Below, piece by piece: positions 10,939-24,258 of a stretch of DNA of 64,000 nucleotides (the first letter of the stretch is position 1; each line of letters starts with the position of its first letter). The position numbers and the translations under genes are program-made. Origin of the DNA: Neoechinorhynchus agilis (taxonomy: Eukaryota > Animalia > Acanthocephala); assembly GCA_051530055.1 (NCBI GenBank), contig CM121341.1:5496784-5560783 (forward strand). Direction: 5' to 3'. The notes below the pieces were generated by a model. That model saw nothing but the letters and a program-made list of their open reading frames with translations, had not been told where the DNA came from and did no database searches.

Positions 10939-12466
10939 GAAAACGGGTAAATTTGCAATATTTGTTAATCGCTGACTTATAGAAAAATACCGTTTCTGAA
11001 GACAGTAATTTTTATGTAATGAAAAACGAGTTGATCAATGTAAGAAGCTGTAATTTTCCCTAATTATAAAGATTTTTTTGGTGTTTTTTTGAATATTTGT
11101 AGAAATTTAGAAAACGGGTAAATTTGCAATATTTGTTAATCGCTGACTTATACAAAAATACAATTTCTGGAGAAAGTTTACCTTTTTTTATGTAATGAAA
11201 AACGAGTTGATCAATGTAAGAAGCTGTAATTTTCCCTAATTTTAAAGATTTTGTGGTGTTTTTTTGAATATTTGTAGAAATTTAGAAAACGGGTAAATTT
11301 GCAATATTTGTTAATCGCTGACTTATACAAAAATACAATTTCTGGAAAAGTTACCTTTTTTTATGTAATCGAAAACGAGTTGATCAATGTAAGAAGCTGT
11401 AATTTTCCCTAATTATAAAGATTTTGTCGGTGTTTTTTTGAATATTTGTAGAAATTTAGAAAACGGGTAAATTTGCAATATTTGTTAATCGCTGACTTAT
11501 AGAAAAATACAATTTCTGGAGAAAGTTTACCTTTTTTTATGTAATCGAAAACGAGTTGATCGATGCAAGAAGCTGTAATTTTCCCTAATTATAAAGATTT
11601 TGTCGGTGCTTTTTTAAATATTTGTAGAAATTTAGAAAACGGGTAAATTTGCAATATTTGTTAATCGCTGACTTATAGAAAAATACCATTTCTGAAGAAA
11701 GTTTAACTTTTTATGTAATCAAAAACGAGTTGATCGATACAAGAAGCTGTAATTTTCCCTAATTTTAAAGATTTTGTCGGTCTTTTTTAATATTTGTAGA
11801 AATTTAGAAAACGGGTAAATTTGCAATAATTATTAATCGCTGACTGATAGAAAAATACCATTTCTGAAGAAAGTTTAACTTTTTATGTAATCAAAAACGA
11901 GTTGATCAATGCAAGAAGCTGTAATTTTCCCTAATTTTAAAGATTTTGTCGGTGCTTTTTTGAATATTTGTAGAAATTTAGAAAACGGGTAAATTTGCAA
12001 TATTTGTTAATCGCTGACTTATAGAAAAATACCATTTCTGAAGAAAGTTTAACTTTTTATGTAATCAAAAACGAGTTGATCGATGCAAGAAGCTGTAATT
12101 TTCCCTAATTTTAAAGATTTTGTCGGTGCTTTTTTAAATATTTGTAGAAATTTAGAAAACGGTTAAATTTGCAATATTTGTTAATCGCTGACTTATAGAA
12201 AAATACCATTTCTGAAGAAAGTTTAACTTTTTATGTAATCAAAAACGAGTTGATCGATACAAGAAGCTGTAATTTTCCCTAATTATAAAGATTTTGTCGG
12301 TGCTTTTTTGAATATTTGTAGAAATTTAGAAAACGGGTAAATTTGCAATAATTATTAATCGCTGACTTATAGAAAAATACCATTTCTGAAGAAAGTTTAA
12401 CTTTTTTATGTAATCAAAAACGAGTTGATCAATGTAAGAAGCTGTAATTTTCCCTAATTATAAAGA
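10939..12466. repeat. Tandem satellite, about 174-bp unit, about 9 copies
   Basis: AAAACGGGTAAATTTGC recurs at about 10941, 11111, 11286, 11460, 11636, 11808, 11982, 12156 and 12330. Confidence 0.95.
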
Positions 12467-14580
12467 ATAATCAAGGGTTTTTGTCGCGCGGTATTCAAAT
12501 TAGAACTTTGATTCATCGTAAGAAAACTTTGAAAGCATTTAAATAGATAATCGTTTTTTGCATATCATTGAAAAAGACCAGATAATGGAACAGGACTGAT
12601 AGTGCCCTTTTTCGATTGAGTAACAATCGCGCATTCAAGCAAGAAGGTTCTTTGGTTCTATAAAAGATCTATCGTAGTGACATTTCGCCCAGAAAAAATT
12701 AAATACTTGGCATTTGTCTTTTGACTTATTTGCTAAGGGAACAAGTAACCGGATCTTTAAAAGCTGATCTCGTGCTTCAATGCTGGCGATTGTGTGATGA
12801 AAGATACGCTTGGGAAAATTGTGAATGAGGACATTTGGAGAATAGAGTGAATTTTCTTTAATAACAAAATGTAAGAAGTGGGTTTCGTTACGGAACGAAC
12901 TGGAGTATTTTGACGTAAGATTATGGCTACATCGAGGATCGGTATCAGATCGTCCGGTTTTCAGAGGCAAAATTAATGGGAGGAGCGAAAGGCGGTTCTC
13001 TTTCTCTTACGGTTGAAACCGAGTGGAATAATTCAGTTACTTGAATTCAAAATTAAAATTTTTAATACGGTTTTGCTTTCGGATCTATGCAAATGGGTTT
13101 TTAAATAAGTGGAAAAGAGTTTGTTCTACTTTATGGTTAAAAAAACTGGTACTAAAATCACTAAAAACGGCACAATTAATAATTTTGACACAAGTTCATG
13201 TTTACTTAACAATTAATTGCTCTTATCTACGACCTCAAATTATTCCATTAGCAACTATAATTTAGAAACGAGAAGTGAACCTTATCTTTAAAACTGTCTT
13301 TACGCAATTATTAAGCCTCGTGTCACACAGCGAATAATTTTGTAACACTTCCTCTAATTAACGTCTAAAATACGTACCTTAGCGCTCAACAACCAATTAG
13401 AGTTCACCTCGGTTGTTTTATTCAGCTCTCGACCAAACAGTTCTTATTTTTCACGATTTTTATAATTGATCTCACTACGTTGTGAACGCTTTAGTCGGAA
13501 GTTCTTGACTAGTCAAAATGCGTCCAATTAATTTCTCGTCGCGTTTTATTCGCGATCTCCTAACGAGTACCCAAGGCAGCAATTTTGTTTTGATTAGTTA
13601 ATATATCTCGAGTAGGCGGGACTCATAAACGAGCTTCCTTGAAAACATTTTGACTTCTTTAAAGACATTCCTTGTTCCTTGTCTCAAGCAAACATCACTC
13701 AAAGTTCAAACTGTCGATATGTGAGGAGGTACCGACCGGAGTTTATTAGAAGTGTTATTTAGAAGTCGTAACCCGGCAACAAACGTTTTAAAGACTTATT
13801 GAACCTCGTCGTGTTCATCGTCAATTTGTTAGTTATTAAAAGACGCTTAATACCAGTGTATGGCAGATTGAGCTTTCTTTTTATGAAATGAATCGGTCAC
13901 TCACTGATTCCTTTGAATTAATCTAATTCCCATTCACAGTATGCAATTTGGAGTCCATTACCTTAATATCCAGTAGCCTTTGTTCCTCAATCGAACGTAA
14001 TCATCCATGGGAAAGGAAATGAATTTCACTCTTTTTATTAATGAACCCATTGAACCTCGTGATTTTCCTTTTTTTATACCTTATTCACGTTTTTCATATA
14101 GTCTTATTCGAAGGCAGACTCCTAAGTAAACAAATAATCGGGATCGATAGTGCTGGCCGCTGATTATCTTAATAAAGTGCTTAATTTGCATTTCAATATC
14201 TTGATTTCTACTTTCGGTGGTCGGTATGTTTAACAAGTGAGTTAAGCACAATCAGCTGACACCTTCAGACCAAGCGGCGGCCCTGATCCCAACCATTCTT
14301 TGTATGTACAAATATCCCCAGACATTTTGACTGTAAATCTCGACTTGAAGAGTCTCTCGATAATGTATATATTAAAATTCAGAAGCAGTCACTGCTTACT
14401 AGGTTGCCTAAGCTATTAGCGATCCTTTATTTGTTATTAAATTAAGGTTTAAATTGCGAGTCTCTAGCGCAATCGATGCTTGATTAGCGGAGGAGATACC
14501 GACTTATCTACATAGCTGTCTGTTTAAACAAGAGATCCTCTCGTTTACATCAACGCTAACTCTTACTTTTCGTTTCAGAA

Positions 14581-16710
14581 ATGGTGATCATCACTACTCT
14601 AATAACACTCATAGCTTTTGCTCACTCACTATCAACAACATTCAACAGCGAAACGCCTATTGTTATCAATGGAATCGATCGGCATGATTGGATCAACTTA
14701 AACTTGTCACTGGAATTCCACAGTGCGGAAATATTCGACACTAAAACAAATGCAAAAACATACGATTTCCAACTAAGATCGACGGACAATGGACTGGAAA
14801 TTCGATCACTTAGAAATCAAACTCAAGATAGATTTCTTTCAATTGTGTTTAGAAATCGCAAAAATGATACAATTCAGGACATACGAGTTAAATTCCTGTG
14901 CTTGGTTCCTACGATGGTTACATTCGAAAAACCAATATACAATTTTGCATATGTCACCAATCGAGACCGACAGAGTATAATTGGGAAAATCATGGCGAAT
15001 TTATCAGATGGATCATCGCCCATTTATCACATTCTGCCATCAAAGTACTCGACAATGTACATCATTGATAGCAGTGGCTATGTGACTTTGAGTGAATCGG
15101 AAATCGACTTTGATTCAGTTGACTCGAACCACGAGATCGTCGTTGAAGGAAATTGTAAAACAGCTCAAAATTGCACCCGCGGATATACAAAACTAGTTTT
15201 TAGGACGAATACATACAATGAATACAACCCGGAAATTTTAATCAATTTTTCAGAGGATTATCATCAAGTCGGAAAAGTCCTTTTTATCCCAGAAGAGCTG
15301 AAACCAGGATCTTTTATTGCGTTTATCAATCTATTTGACGAAGACGGCACTTCAAAAATTCACCTTAGTCTCAGACAACCTAGAAATTATTTAAAACTTA
15401 AAAGTGTTCATGAAAGCGCTTATACGCTTATAATAAATAGGAAAATGGATCGTGAGCAACTTTCGGAATACAATTTCTCAATTGTAGCTGAAGATAATGG
15501 GTATCCTGCACGGATAACTGTAGAAAATCTTACTATTGCACTTCTGGACATCAATGATAATCCACCGAAGCTCAATGTAAGTGGAGTGCAGATATTTAGA
15601 ATTGATGAAAATTCCAATGATTCGTTTATTGGAACATTGAATGCATATGACGAAGACAGTACGAATGGTGGTGGTGTTCGATTTTATATGATTCGAGCTG
15701 AGGACGATTGTTGTGAGATCGACGAAAAGTCCGGCAATATTCGATCGCGCGTAAAATTAGACTTTGAGCGAAAAAACGCTTACGATCTTCTTGTAAGGAT
15801 TAATGATTTAGGCGAACCAATGCGATCAATAACAACAAAAGTCCGAGTAATGCCGGAATCCTCAAAACTAAGATCTAAAATTGGTTTTGATGGTCGCCGT
15901 TTAGAAATCAACGATCTAAATGACAACTCTCCTCTGGTTTTGCACAATAATACGTACACCATAGTGTCTGATAATCTCGCAACCGGATCAATTGTGTATC
16001 GAATCAATGCCAACGATGCTGATAGTGGTGAAAATGGACACATCGAGTATCAGTTGTTGATCGAAGATACACTTCATCCATTTGGTGTTGATAAAAACGG
16101 CCACATCTTCGTTGCGTACCAACTTCCAATCAGAAACGATGACCGGGACGCATGTCGGGATTACCTTATCAGAGTTAATATCAGTGATAATGGAATAGAC
16201 AAGAAATTTTCGACAATATTCGTCCATACAGTAACACATTGTCCACCCAAAAGCCAGGGAGTTCTAATCCGAAGACCAAGTTGGAACACATTTTTTATTA
16301 CAGTATACAGAAACCAAACCAGTACTGAATTCGTAAAGATATCCGGTCTCCCGTATCCGACCTTGAAGCAGTGTTTAAACCGACAAATCCACATTAATTC
16401 AAGTGATGTTAAATTGGTCCATCGGGATCTATATGTTCCTCCAGACTCAAAATCTTTTATGTTCTCAGTAGAAATTGAACCGGAATGTCTTGTGTTTCCA
16501 AATGAGGACCCAAATGTGGCTCGTTTTTATGTGGATATCGTAGATAAAGCCGTTGAACCCGATCAACTGTTTCCTGCAATTTGTCGAATACTATTTTACA
16601 CATTCCTCTTTGTTGTCCTATTAGTTCTCATCTTCTACTTTGCAATCAAGGTATTTTACAAATGGGAAAAGTCAAACAAGATAAAGGAAAGTACGAAAAG
16701 TGATTGCTAG
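14581..16710 (+). CDS. Protocadherin-like type I membrane protein with several EC repeats and a very short cytoplasmic tail
   Basis: Signal peptide; DRE, AEDNGYP, LDINDNPP, LDFE, NDLNDNSP and ANDADSGENG cadherin motifs; TM helix ILFYTFLFVVLLVLIFYFAI; 18-aa non-cadherin insert at 15850-15903. Confidence 0.9.
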   Translation: MVIITTLITLIAFAHSLSTTFNSETPIVINGIDRHDWINLNLSLEFHSAEIFDTKTNAKTYDFQLRSTDNGLEIRSLRNQTQDRFLSIVFRNRKNDTIQDIRVKFLCLVPTMVTFEKPIYNFAYVTNRDRQSIIGKIMANLSDGSSPIYHILPSKYSTMYIIDSSGYVTLSESEIDFDSVDSNHEIVVEGNCKTAQNCTRGYTKLVFRTNTYNEYNPEILINFSEDYHQVGKVLFIPEELKPGSFIAFINLFDEDGTSKIHLSLRQPRNYLKLKSVHESAYTLIINRKMDREQLSEYNFSIVAEDNGYPARITVENLTIALLDINDNPPKLNVSGVQIFRIDENSNDSFIGTLNAYDEDSTNGGGVRFYMIRAEDDCCEIDEKSGNIRSRVKLDFERKNAYDLLVRINDLGEPMRSITTKVRVMPESSKLRSKIGFDGRRLEINDLNDNSPLVLHNNTYTIVSDNLATGSIVYRINANDADSGENGHIEYQLLIEDTLHPFGVDKNGHIFVAYQLPIRNDDRDACRDYLIRVNISDNGIDKKFSTIFVHTVTHCPPKSQGVLIRRPSWNTFFITVYRNQTSTEFVKISGLPYPTLKQCLNRQIHINSSDVKLVHRDLYVPPDSKSFMFSVEIEPECLVFPNEDPNVARFYVDIVDKAVEPDQLFPAICRILFYTFLFVVLLVLIFYFAIKVFYKWEKSNKIKESTKSDC

Positions 16711-18111
16711 AGGCAAATGTTAAAGTCCTATTATGTTTTTGTAAATAAAACGAAAAATGTTGTTCTTTGTCATTGAGCTTATTCAAAACAGAAGGAAATT
16801 AGGTCTTTGGTAAAAACTTAATTTATAAAAAAATAGGATCGAAGATTTTTTTAAATTTGAACGAGAAGTAATTATTTCATTGTGATTTAGAAATTTGACT
16901 TTAGTGACATCAATAAGATGGGGCTCAAATGTCCCCGCTTGGCAATAAATCAGCTTGATTTTAATTTAAATCACTGATACAGTAATCAATCAATACATAG
17001 TCATTAGTACAGAATTCATTGCGCAACTTTGACATTTGAAAAATTGCTAAGTATTCGTCGAGAAATGCTGTTGAAAGTTTGTTAAGGGGCGGCGGATAAA
17101 AATCATAAAAGAGAATTAAACACCTGTGGATTACATTTTCGGGAACGCCCCTCATTAAATTTTTGCGATCTAAAACTCCTTTTGATTACATTTATCTCGA
17201 TTATCTTTAAACTTACTGTCTATAGTTGACTATAAAATTTCTAACAAAATTTATCTTAATTTTCGTGATTCAAAGTAATTGCAAAAAGAGACAAAATGAA
17301 TCGTAGCTTTTGGTATTTCGTATAACTAAAAAAAAGTGCACTATTACTTTTGTCTTTACATTTATTCTTTTTGGCCTAATCGCAAACTTGTTGATAACCA
17401 AAAACAAGATTATTATTGTTTGAAAAAAAATCAAATTATTAACAATTTGAAAATTTAGAAACAGGAGACGTTTAAATCGCTATAAATTACGATCCATAAC
17501 CACATCTCACTTTTGCCGTGTCAAAGTAAAGCGACAACGACTTTGTCTTTCAAACAAAAGTGACATTTATGAAAATGGTACTTAGTGATGTTATCAAACA
17601 AATGTTTCAACATAAGCCTTGCAAGCTTCAAATCGAGGTTGATGTAGGCGGAAAACTCATTACTATGATCTAATTTTCAAATTTTGAAAATTTCCGCGGC
17701 GTTAGTCGCACCTCATTATGCGATATTAACCAATAAGAATGCATGGCTTCATTGAAGGTCGTCTTTTTACACTACGTCTCAACACGCGAAATGCCACATT
17801 AAGATTGCAAATGTTGTCCCTAAAAAGGCATCAATCCACATTGAGGGCATTGAGAAGCAGACAAACGTGTATCATTATTTCTTCAAATTCATTTACATTA
17901 AGATTGATATGTCGGTTACGGGATGGGTTATCTAGAAGCTTGGGGACTACCGGTCTTGTCAATGTTTCATATTCCGGAACACTCCATACTCGACTACTTT
18001 TGGGAGACGAAACGTTTACATTTGTGACTTGAATGCGAGTGAAGCGAACCGATTCTGTTTCTGGGTAAGATTCTAAACTATTGCCTCTGAAACTGTTTGC
18101 CCACAAAAGCA

Positions 18112-19004
18112 ATGCTACGTCCCAATCTCAAGAAATGCGTTTGGTTAATAATCGGAATCGGAGTTTTTTTCTCTTTCAAACACATTGTCGAACTACTAAG
18201 CTCTAATTACGAAGGACCAGCAAATAATGCGCAAAATAAAGAGCTCATAATTCTTATAAAATCAGCACCCGATCATTTTGATCATCGGTTGACACTACGG
18301 GCGTCGTTGCACAAATGTTCTCAGAGTTTCAATTGGACCGCGATTAAGTATTGGTTTGCGGTTGGATCCTTACCGAGATCCGATTGGAAATTAGAGAGGG
18401 CCATCGACCACGAGACTAAGCTTTACGAAGGATAGAGACGAAATTCCTAATCTAGAGAGTTATCGACATGTTCGTCTCGGTCCCATATGGAGATATTCTT
18501 AGGTGTCCTCATTTGGACACATACAATCGGAACTGTCTAAAAACAATGTTCATGATCGAACACCACATCAAGCAGATTGAATACAATATCGCATTGTACA
18601 TCGACGACGATATGTATGTTAATATGAGTATTCTGAGAGACATTTGTCTCGACGAGCCGGTTTTTCATGGAAGCCTCGTCGAAAATGGCCAACCAATAAG
18701 AAATAATAGATCGAAATATTTTGTAAGTCAACAAGATTATCCTTATCGATTGTTCCCTAGATACGCTTCTGGTGGTTGTTTCTTTTTATCACGAACCACA
18801 GCAATTCAACTTGTCCAAAGGAGAAAACTTATCAGTTTCCCTTGTGTTATCGACGATGCATATCTTGGAATGCTTGCCCAAATCGCAAATATTTCAGTGA
18901 AGGGACAAACAAATCTCAGATTAAGCGCAACTCAGGATTTTAATCCAGTTGAGGGACATCTATGCAGTCATTCCTTTTCGAGGCCCGGAAAATTCGTAAT
19001 TTGA
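18112..19004 (+). CDS. GT31 beta-1,3-galactosyltransferase-like type II membrane enzyme, split by one atypical insertion
   Basis: N-terminal TM helix; IKSAPDHFDHR, E..LY|GDIL..LDTY.N..LKT, IDDD, PRYASGGCFFLS and IDDAYLG motifs. Confidence 0.85.
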
Positions 19005-19419
19005 GTGAGTGTAATATTGTTACTTCCTGCAAATTAAAGTAAATTTGCGCATATTGTGTATTGAAGTAATCTCAGTCTTCAACGGATAAAGAAGCCAAAC
19101 TCGACAATCGCTATTTGGCCCCAGTCGTTAATTATTGATTTGACCGAAAACAAGAGAAATACAAATGCCTCGATCCGTCGCTCTTCATTTTGTAATCTCT
19201 TGCCATTCAAACAATCGGTGCCGTCTCGAGGACAAATGTTTTTGAAAATGGTTATTTTTATCAGAGAATCAGCGATTCAGAAAGGAAATGCCAGATCATC
19301 AAAGTAACGGACAATAAAATATTTAACGTGCTAGCAACTATAAATTACCAATATAAATACAAAAATTTTCGCGGTAAAATAAATTAAGAAACTATTCAGA
19401 CATTGAATTCGGGATGATC

Positions 19420-19492
19420 GGGGGTGTAGCTCAAATGGTAGAGCGCTCGCTTAGCATGCGAGAGGCACCGGGATCGATACCCGGCATCTCCA
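19420..19492 (+). tRNA. tRNA-Ala(AGC)
   Basis: Cloverleaf GGGGGTG/CATCTCC acceptor stem with G3:U70, anticodon loop TTAGCAT, A and B boxes, downstream TTTTT terminator. Confidence 0.95.
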
Positions 19493-22400
19493 TCCCGGTG
19501 TGCCGCCGGTTTCCCATCAAATCAGCCTTTTTGCATCGTACTAAGAAATCTCAATTTTTTTAATTTGGGGAAATTGAAGAAGTTTAAATTAATTCCTTTA
19601 TAATTTTTTTTGCTAATAATCTTTTTATTGTTTCTTTTTTTTAAAGGACAATTTTAGATTAAATCGTCCCCTGGACGCACACTTTTATCAAGCGCCTAAA
19701 ATCAAAAAAGTTTAGCAAGCAAAACGCTTCTATATTATGGTGAATTCTAGACGAGAGAGAAGAATAAAATATAGTTTGAAAAACAGGAATAGCTGTTCAG
19801 ACATCGTATGCGTGGTTCAAACGAGTGATTTAAGATGAAGTTTTTATTCATATGCGGCTGAATTAAGGGCCCGTCGATTTGATTGGTCTAGTCCAGCGGG
19901 CTCCTAATCCCAGTTTCGCTCAAAGGGATCGGAAATGTCAACGCCGATGACTACCAGCCCAAGGGGACGAAATACCGACGAAGGAAGCTCACTGATCAGT
20001 CGTGCCTCCTCAAGTTTTAAAAACCTCATCCTACACTACTTGTTAGAAACATAGCTATTAAATTTTACAGTGCCCTAAGGGAATATTTAGTGAGTATGAT
20101 AAATTTATGAAATCAAAAACTACTCTGCAGTTGAAGTGCGATATAAGGACCTCGCTCCTTTCAAAAACACGTAAGGAAGTTAAAGTGCACTTATCATCGA
20201 TAAAAAGATTGTCTTTTAAAAGACATTTCCAATACGAAGTCAATTTACCTAACAATTTTGTTCTAATGTATAAATTCATCGATTGTAATACACTTTGCTT
20301 AGATATTGTTAATATAGTTTAAAATGAACAGCCGCATCTGCATGAAACCATAGGACAGCCTTCTCAATTGTAAAGCACGGCTACTTTTCAAGGCTTAGCA
20401 ATATTAACCATTGAGTTAGAAGTAATCAGTGCGATCAGTTCATTGCTCGTGCACAATAAAAGTGATCAAAATATTTTTAATCCGAGAAATGTCGGCGATG
20501 TGCTCTCCTAAAATTGATAATTAAATGTATCTACGTTTTGAATAATTATATCGACCGAAAGTGAGCCAATCACTATCGAAAAAAAATAAATCAAACGATC
20601 CACTTTGACATTTCGGCAACCAGTGAGATGAATAGTTAAATCTAATATTTAAAAGTGCGAATAAAACACTTGAATAACCTTTACAAAAGGCACAAGATTG
20701 CGCTGAAATATCAGATCTAATAAATTCTTTTAATTTTTTACACCAAAAACAAAAATTTACCGTTGAATCGTCCAATTAGATCGTGCGCGAATTATGTATA
20801 TAAGCGCGATCGAATAAAATTCAGCTTTAAAACCATGTGATATTGCTCTAGTGATTTCAGTCAAGCGAATGCCGCTTCTTTTCCCCGTGGTGCACTTCGT
20901 GAAAGATTTAAGAATACCTGTTTGACAGATGAAGTCCACTTAAGATCATTACTTCTTACGGTAAGCATTTCATTGGACAAATCATATTGACACAAGTGAA
21001 TTTGACGCATTGCGGCACCTGAGGTGAATGCGAGCGTTTTGTAAAAATAATCAAATACATTTAAGATTAATCATATCGAGAAAATCCACCGGGATGGTAA
21101 ATTTTGACTTGTATGGTAAATATAGTCGCCCGGTTGAAAATCATTTTATTCTAATGAAATACTTCGCGAGGAAACCTTGCGGATTTAACAATGATTTCTA
21201 AAACGGGGTTCCCTCCTTCGAAATATTACAACAAAAAATGATTTTTAACCAGGATTATCTTTACCACAAGTCAACATTTGAGATTTGTACGAAAATATGT
21301 TGAAAGTTTCGTTGAAGATTTGAAAGGGTTATTTATCGATTACTGCACGAAAAATCGTTTTATTTTTCTAAATTGTGGTTTTAGCACATTAATTTGTGCC
21401 AAAAATAACTTTAGATTCGGATATTGCGCAGAAATACTTTTATAGGCAGCCATAATTGAATTTACCGATATTTTGAATGTCACCTTTTGTTCAATGAAAT
21501 TTGATGATTTTTCCTTAGAATTATATGTTTTAATTTATTAGGCAACGTATTATATTGAATATTTTAAGTTGTTTTACTCACAAAAATTCTCGTCTTATAC
21601 AATATCACATTCAAATCGTCATTTTAGCAATTAAAAAAACTTTTTGTTTGTCCGTCACTTTAAAGGTGATGTCGGTGTACATGAAACATAGTTTAGATTC
21701 ACGTGTTTCGTTCTTAAGTTCCTGCGAATTACAGAAAATCTCACAATAATTGCTACACAAAAGAGTAAAACCACGATTCCTATATAACAAAAACTATGAT
21801 TTTCAGTTTAAGATTGACCAGTGGACTTCTGACGCGGAATATCAAGGACCTATGCAAGATTTATACGGCGAGAGATAGATCAGGGGACTTCAAACGTAGA
21901 ATATCAAGGACCTATGCATGATTTATACGACGAGCATTGTGCTTTCGACTAGACCAGTCTAATTTTATTAACTTAATGAATACCCTTGAGTCGCAACGAG
22001 ATACCTAATCGTATATGTAAAACAGGTTCTAGTACAATCGTGCCACATATAGAGGTCTCATTGGTGGGTTTTAAGTAATGAAATTACTATTGGATGGGAC
22101 CACCCGTTGTTAAGAAATTTCATTTAATAATCGCAATTTGTACTAGAAATTATAAGTGATCTTCAGGAAAAAACGATAAGCAACAACCAAGTTCAAAAGT
22201 TGAGTTAATCTTTAGCTTTTGAAACGTCCACAGCAAGCGATGCGAAAATGATTTCGATGTATACACGGCTTCAAATTGACAACGAGCACATTGTTGTCAT
22301 TTGCCCAGACAAGCCCCTTGCGGGCTTTCATCAACAAAATCAAATCATCCAGTTCACTTGCTATCCAATACGTTATAGCTACTTGAAATTCCGCTTCCAC

Positions 22401-22917
22401 GATTATTTTGCCCCGTGTTGTATTAGCATGCTCGGCGGCGCTATCATGCTGGATTTAGTTTTGACACCAACGTCTAGCTGCGGAACTTTGATGGACTTGT
22501 TAAAATTGGAAATCAAGAATTTTTTTCCATAATTATTTTCCCAAGAGAAAACATAATGTCACATGCCTTTGCACCTTGCTCATCACTCGTGGATTTTGAT
22601 TGGTCCGCTATATTGTACGATTTTTGCGGATTTAAATGCAATAAAAGAGAGAGAAAACTGTGATGTCAGTTTTCAGTGTGTTTGCATCTAGAATACTTGT
22701 TAAGCTTTCAATTATACTTGAATGTAACTCGGCTTTAGGAAAATTGCGACACGCCCCCCCCGCGTCAACCCCTCCCATGGGCGTAATTTTAATTAAAAAG
22801 AGGCGTGGCTTGTACAATCGGCGGTCGTCTCTCAAAAATAGCTTAATTTTATTGAACGAGCATTTTTACAATTATGTATAAACAAGCATATATTTCCTTC
22901 TACCCATTTCCATTGTT

Positions 22918-24258
22918 TCATCTGCCGTATTGATAATCAATCTGAGCATTTGCACAATTCCTTCGATTGTATTTGACGTCGCTTTGTATGGCGTCCGGCA
23001 CATTGTTGGAGAAATATTCTTCTGATGATGATGCATTTGCCATGTTCTGACATCGCGGAAAACGTTTTTGAGTTTGAAAGATTTAATTAAAAAATTTACT
23101 CACGGATTGTTTATGGTTACTCTGAGCAGTTGCTGCAGCAGCAGCCGCGGCCGCTGCAATGTGAGCCGCACTTTCATAATTTTGATAGGGCGGCATTTCA
23201 TAGAAATACTGATTGGGCACACTGGTAGGCACATTAAGTGCGTTATTCGTTCCAAAGCAATTTTGATGGGACGGATAAAATGAAGGCATATAATATCCTG
23301 GATTCACCATTGAATTTTGCCCGTTTTGCTGCATAGCCATCATTGACTGAAAATTCATATAATGATTATACTGAGATGCAGTCTGCAGTGATATTGGTTG
23401 AATTGCAATATTGTTAACGAGTGTTACCGATGGATGTGTGCCGTCAGGACCAACAGGTTGATCTATCTTTTGCTGCTTTCCTTGTTTTCTGAATTTAGCT
23501 CTTCTGTTCTGGAACCATACCTATTTTGTCGCAATGACAATGTTTATTTTTCTAGAAAAAAAGAGACAAACCTGTATTCTTGACTCATTCAGTGCGGTTT
23601 TCTTTGAAAGTTCTTCCCTTACGCCAATATCAGGATATTGATTTTTCTCAAACATGGACTCGAGCAGTTGTAGCTGTTCTTGCGTGAACGTTGTTCTATG
23701 CCTTCTTTTCGCAGTAGTTGGACATCCATAACTCGCTGGATGTCGAGATGTCGCGATTGTTTGACTCTGAACACCATTATACAATCCAGTGTGGTCATTA
23801 TGCCGTCCATTTTGAACTCTCCGAAAAGCTCCAGCGTCTTGCACGTCGGTTCCTAAATAAGTTTTGTTTAAGCAAAATTTAAATATAAAACGAATGTTTT
23901 ATTAAGAAAGATTGATGATTAGGATTAAGAGTAGCACAATCATCCCATTCTCAGCGAAGTAATTTAATTCACGTCAAATAGACATTTATCGAGAAAACAT
24001 GGTAATTTAATAAGTCTTAACGAACACTATAAACTTACCTGCAAATTGATTCATTGGGTCGATATCTCGATGTGAGTAAATATTGTTAATGCCACCTCCA
24101 CCGTTACTACTACTATTAATATCCATCCCTTGCAAAACGTTCGAATTATAAGCTGCAACCTGTCGCTGCCTGGCCGCTTCTACTCCTACAAAAAGATCCG
24201 AATAATTGATTTGATGAGGTTGATTCTCCTCTTGATCTCCTCGTCTAGGTTGAGTCAT
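22918..24258 (-). CDS. unc-42: PRD-class Q50 homeobox gene, Prop1/UNC-42 family; exons 24258-24039, 23852-23572, 23520-23104, 23046-22918
   Basis: Homeodomain [45 protein letters not shown]|[12 protein letters not shown] with the PRD-typical intron between residues 46 and 47; all three introns GT-AG; poly-Ala tract. Confidence 0.8.

Noticed and set aside
10939-12466. CRISPR-like or coding interpretation of the tandem arrays
   Set aside because: No unique spacers, no cas genes, eukaryotic context; these are plain satellites
18430-18436. Stop-codon reassignment as an explanation for the interrupted ORFs
   Set aside because: Downstream coding resumes in other frames, and all three stop codons terminate genes normally in this window
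19865-20010. GC-richer segment vaguely resembling SRP or another ncRNA
   Set aside because: No conserved SRP, RNase P or snRNA motif could be confirmed by eye
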